A DNA stretch of 64,000 bases from an uncultured Oscillibacter sp. (lineage in GTDB: Bacteria > Bacillota > Clostridia > Oscillospirales > Oscillospiraceae): the NCBI GenBank assembly GCA_910584075.1, contig CAJTZI010000005.1:958-64957 (forward strand). The letters are read 5' to 3'. The translations under genes and the position numbers were made by a program. This document shows, one piece after another, positions 62,651 to 64,000 of the stretch. Below the pieces are notes generated by a model. It did no database searches, had not been told where the DNA came from, and saw only the letters and a program-made list of their open reading frames with translations. Position 1 is the first letter of the stretch; every line of letters begins with the position of its first letter.

Positions 62651-62773
62651 TGGGCTTACCCCATAGTCCTCCTTTCTGTCTGCGCTTTTATGATAAAACC
62701 TCCCTTCGGAGGCAATATCCCGGAATAATTTCACGGCGGAGGCAGAGACTATCCAGACGGAGGGAACCCGCCT

Positions 62774-63457
62774 ATGATGACCGCCTTCGCACGTACCATT
62801 ATACTCTATTTCCTCATCATGATCGGCCTGCGGCTGATGGGCAAGCGCCAGATCGGCGAACTGGAGCCCAGTGAGCTGGTATTGACCATGATGATCTCTG
62901 ACCTGGCCACCGTCCCTATGCAGGATTTCGGCATCCCGCTGCTGGCCGGGGTCATTCCCATTCTGACGCTGCTGGCCCTCTCCATGCTGCTGAGCCAGCT
63001 GTCACTGCAAAACCTGCGGTTCCGGGAGCTGGTGTGCGGCACGCCCGCCGTGCTCATCCGCCGCGGGGTCATCCAGCAGCAGGTCATGCGGGAAAACCGC
63101 TACACCCTGGACGAGCTCCTGGAGGAGCTGCGATGCCAGGGAATCTCCTGCGTGGAGGACGTGAAATACGCCATCCTGGAGAATTCCGGCCAGCTGTCCG
63201 TCCTGCCCTGGACGCATCAGCACCCCCCCACCGCCGCGCAGCTCCATCTGGAGGTGGAGGACGATGTGACCCTGCCCACGGTCTTGATCAACGACGGGCG
63301 GGTCCTGCGTAAAAATCTTGCCGCCTGCGGTCATGACCGCGTCTGGCTGGAGGAACAGCTGCGGGAGCAGAACCTGTCCTCCCCCAGAGAAGCGTTCCTT
63401 CTGACCCTGGACGAACAGGGCCGGGTATCCTGTGTGAAAAAGGAGAACAATCTATGA
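62774..63457 (+). CDS. DUF421/YetF-family membrane protein
   Basis: LRLMGKRQIGEL, YAILENSGQLSV, LINDG. Confidence 0.9.
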   Translation: MMTAFARTIILYFLIMIGLRLMGKRQIGELEPSELVLTMMISDLATVPMQDFGIPLLAGVIPILTLLALSMLLSQLSLQNLRFRELVCGTPAVLIRRGVIQQQVMRENRYTLDELLEELRCQGISCVEDVKYAILENSGQLSVLPWTHQHPPTAAQLHLEVEDDVTLPTVLINDGRVLRKNLAACGHDRVWLEEQLREQNLSSPREAFLLTLDEQGRVSCVKKENNL

Positions 63458-63834
63458 GGGGAACTCTGCCGCCCCTGGCTCTTCTGGCAGGCCTGCTGGC
63501 CTTCGCCCTGTGGAACGGAGCCCGCATCACAGACTGCACCGCCCGCTGGCGGGCACAGCTGCAACGGGCGGACACCCTGGCGCAGTCAGAGGACTGGGCC
63601 GGGGCGGCCGCCGCCCTTGCGCAGAGCCATACAGACTGGACCGGCTCCCAGACCTACCTCCACATCGTCTCCCAGCACAGCGCCGTGGACGAGGCAGAGG
63701 CCATGTACCGCCGCTGTCAGGCCTTTGCCGCCGTCCGGGAGCTCTCGGAATTCCGGGCGGAGGTGGCCGGCCTGCGGGAGCAGCTGCGGCTGCTGGCAGA
63801 GATGGAGCAGTTCAGCGTCCGGAATATCTTCTGA
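63454..63834 (+). CDS. DUF4363-like protein
   Basis: N-terminal TM, helical body ending NIF; usual DUF421 neighbour (recalled). Confidence 0.7.
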   Translation: MRGTLPPLALLAGLLAFALWNGARITDCTARWRAQLQRADTLAQSEDWAGAAAALAQSHTDWTGSQTYLHIVSQHSAVDEAEAMYRRCQAFAAVRELSEFRAEVAGLREQLRLLAEMEQFSVRNIF

Positions 63835-63846
63835 GCCGCCGGAACA

Positions 63847-64000
63847 TCACTCATTTTCCAGCAGCAGCTTGTTCAGCTCCTCCCGGAATGTGTCGATGTC
63901 CTTAAACTGGCGGTACACGGAGGCAAATCGGACATAGGCCACCTGATCCATCTTCCGCAGCCGCTCCATGACCTTCTCCCCCACATCCTCGGTGCTGATC
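63847..64000 (-). CDS. nrdR: NrdR repressor, 3' end
   Basis: Manual translation ...[33 protein letters not shown]. Confidence 0.92.
   Translation of the reverse strand, partial: ISTEDVGEKVMERLRKMDQVAYVRFASVYRQFKDIDTFREELNKLLLENE

Overview
Chromosomal window from a GC-rich, spore-forming Bacillota (Clostridia) organism. Gene content and order suggest Oscillospiraceae (Oscillibacter/Dysosmobacter-like); this is inference. Core genes: carAB, pfkA, trkAH, gluQ, carD-ispD-ispF, butyryl-CoA:acetate CoA-transferase, rpiR-HI0933-cmk-plsC-ispH/rpsA, yceD-rpmF, der-plsY-gpsA, rpmB, infC-rpmI-rplT with an L20 leader, glmS with a glmS ribozyme, and partial nrdR. Accessory modules: a Cys/His-rich secreted protein (absent from the ORF track), an inositol dehydrogenase/isomerase/LacI module, a TTT transporter, a TetR/coiled-coil/MMPL cassette, a sigma54-controlled D-amino-acid peptidase regulon, two DUF3343/cysteine-desulfurase pairs, an SLH-GH25 hydrolase and a PadR/SEDS-like pair. 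I saw no rRNA, tRNA, CRISPR array, transposase or integrase. Best leads: (1) the sigma54 D-peptide regulon with helically phased upstream repeats; (2) a promoter and RBS hidden inside the ispH-rpsA fusion; (3) a 32-aa Q/N microprotein; (4) a hairpin-rich insert flanked by a duplicated terminator; (5) a leader terminator before the SLH-GH25 gene; (6) an SD plus Met-Gly minigene just 5' of the glmS cleavage site; (7) a palindromic in-frame insert in carB. All family calls are by eye; no searches were run.
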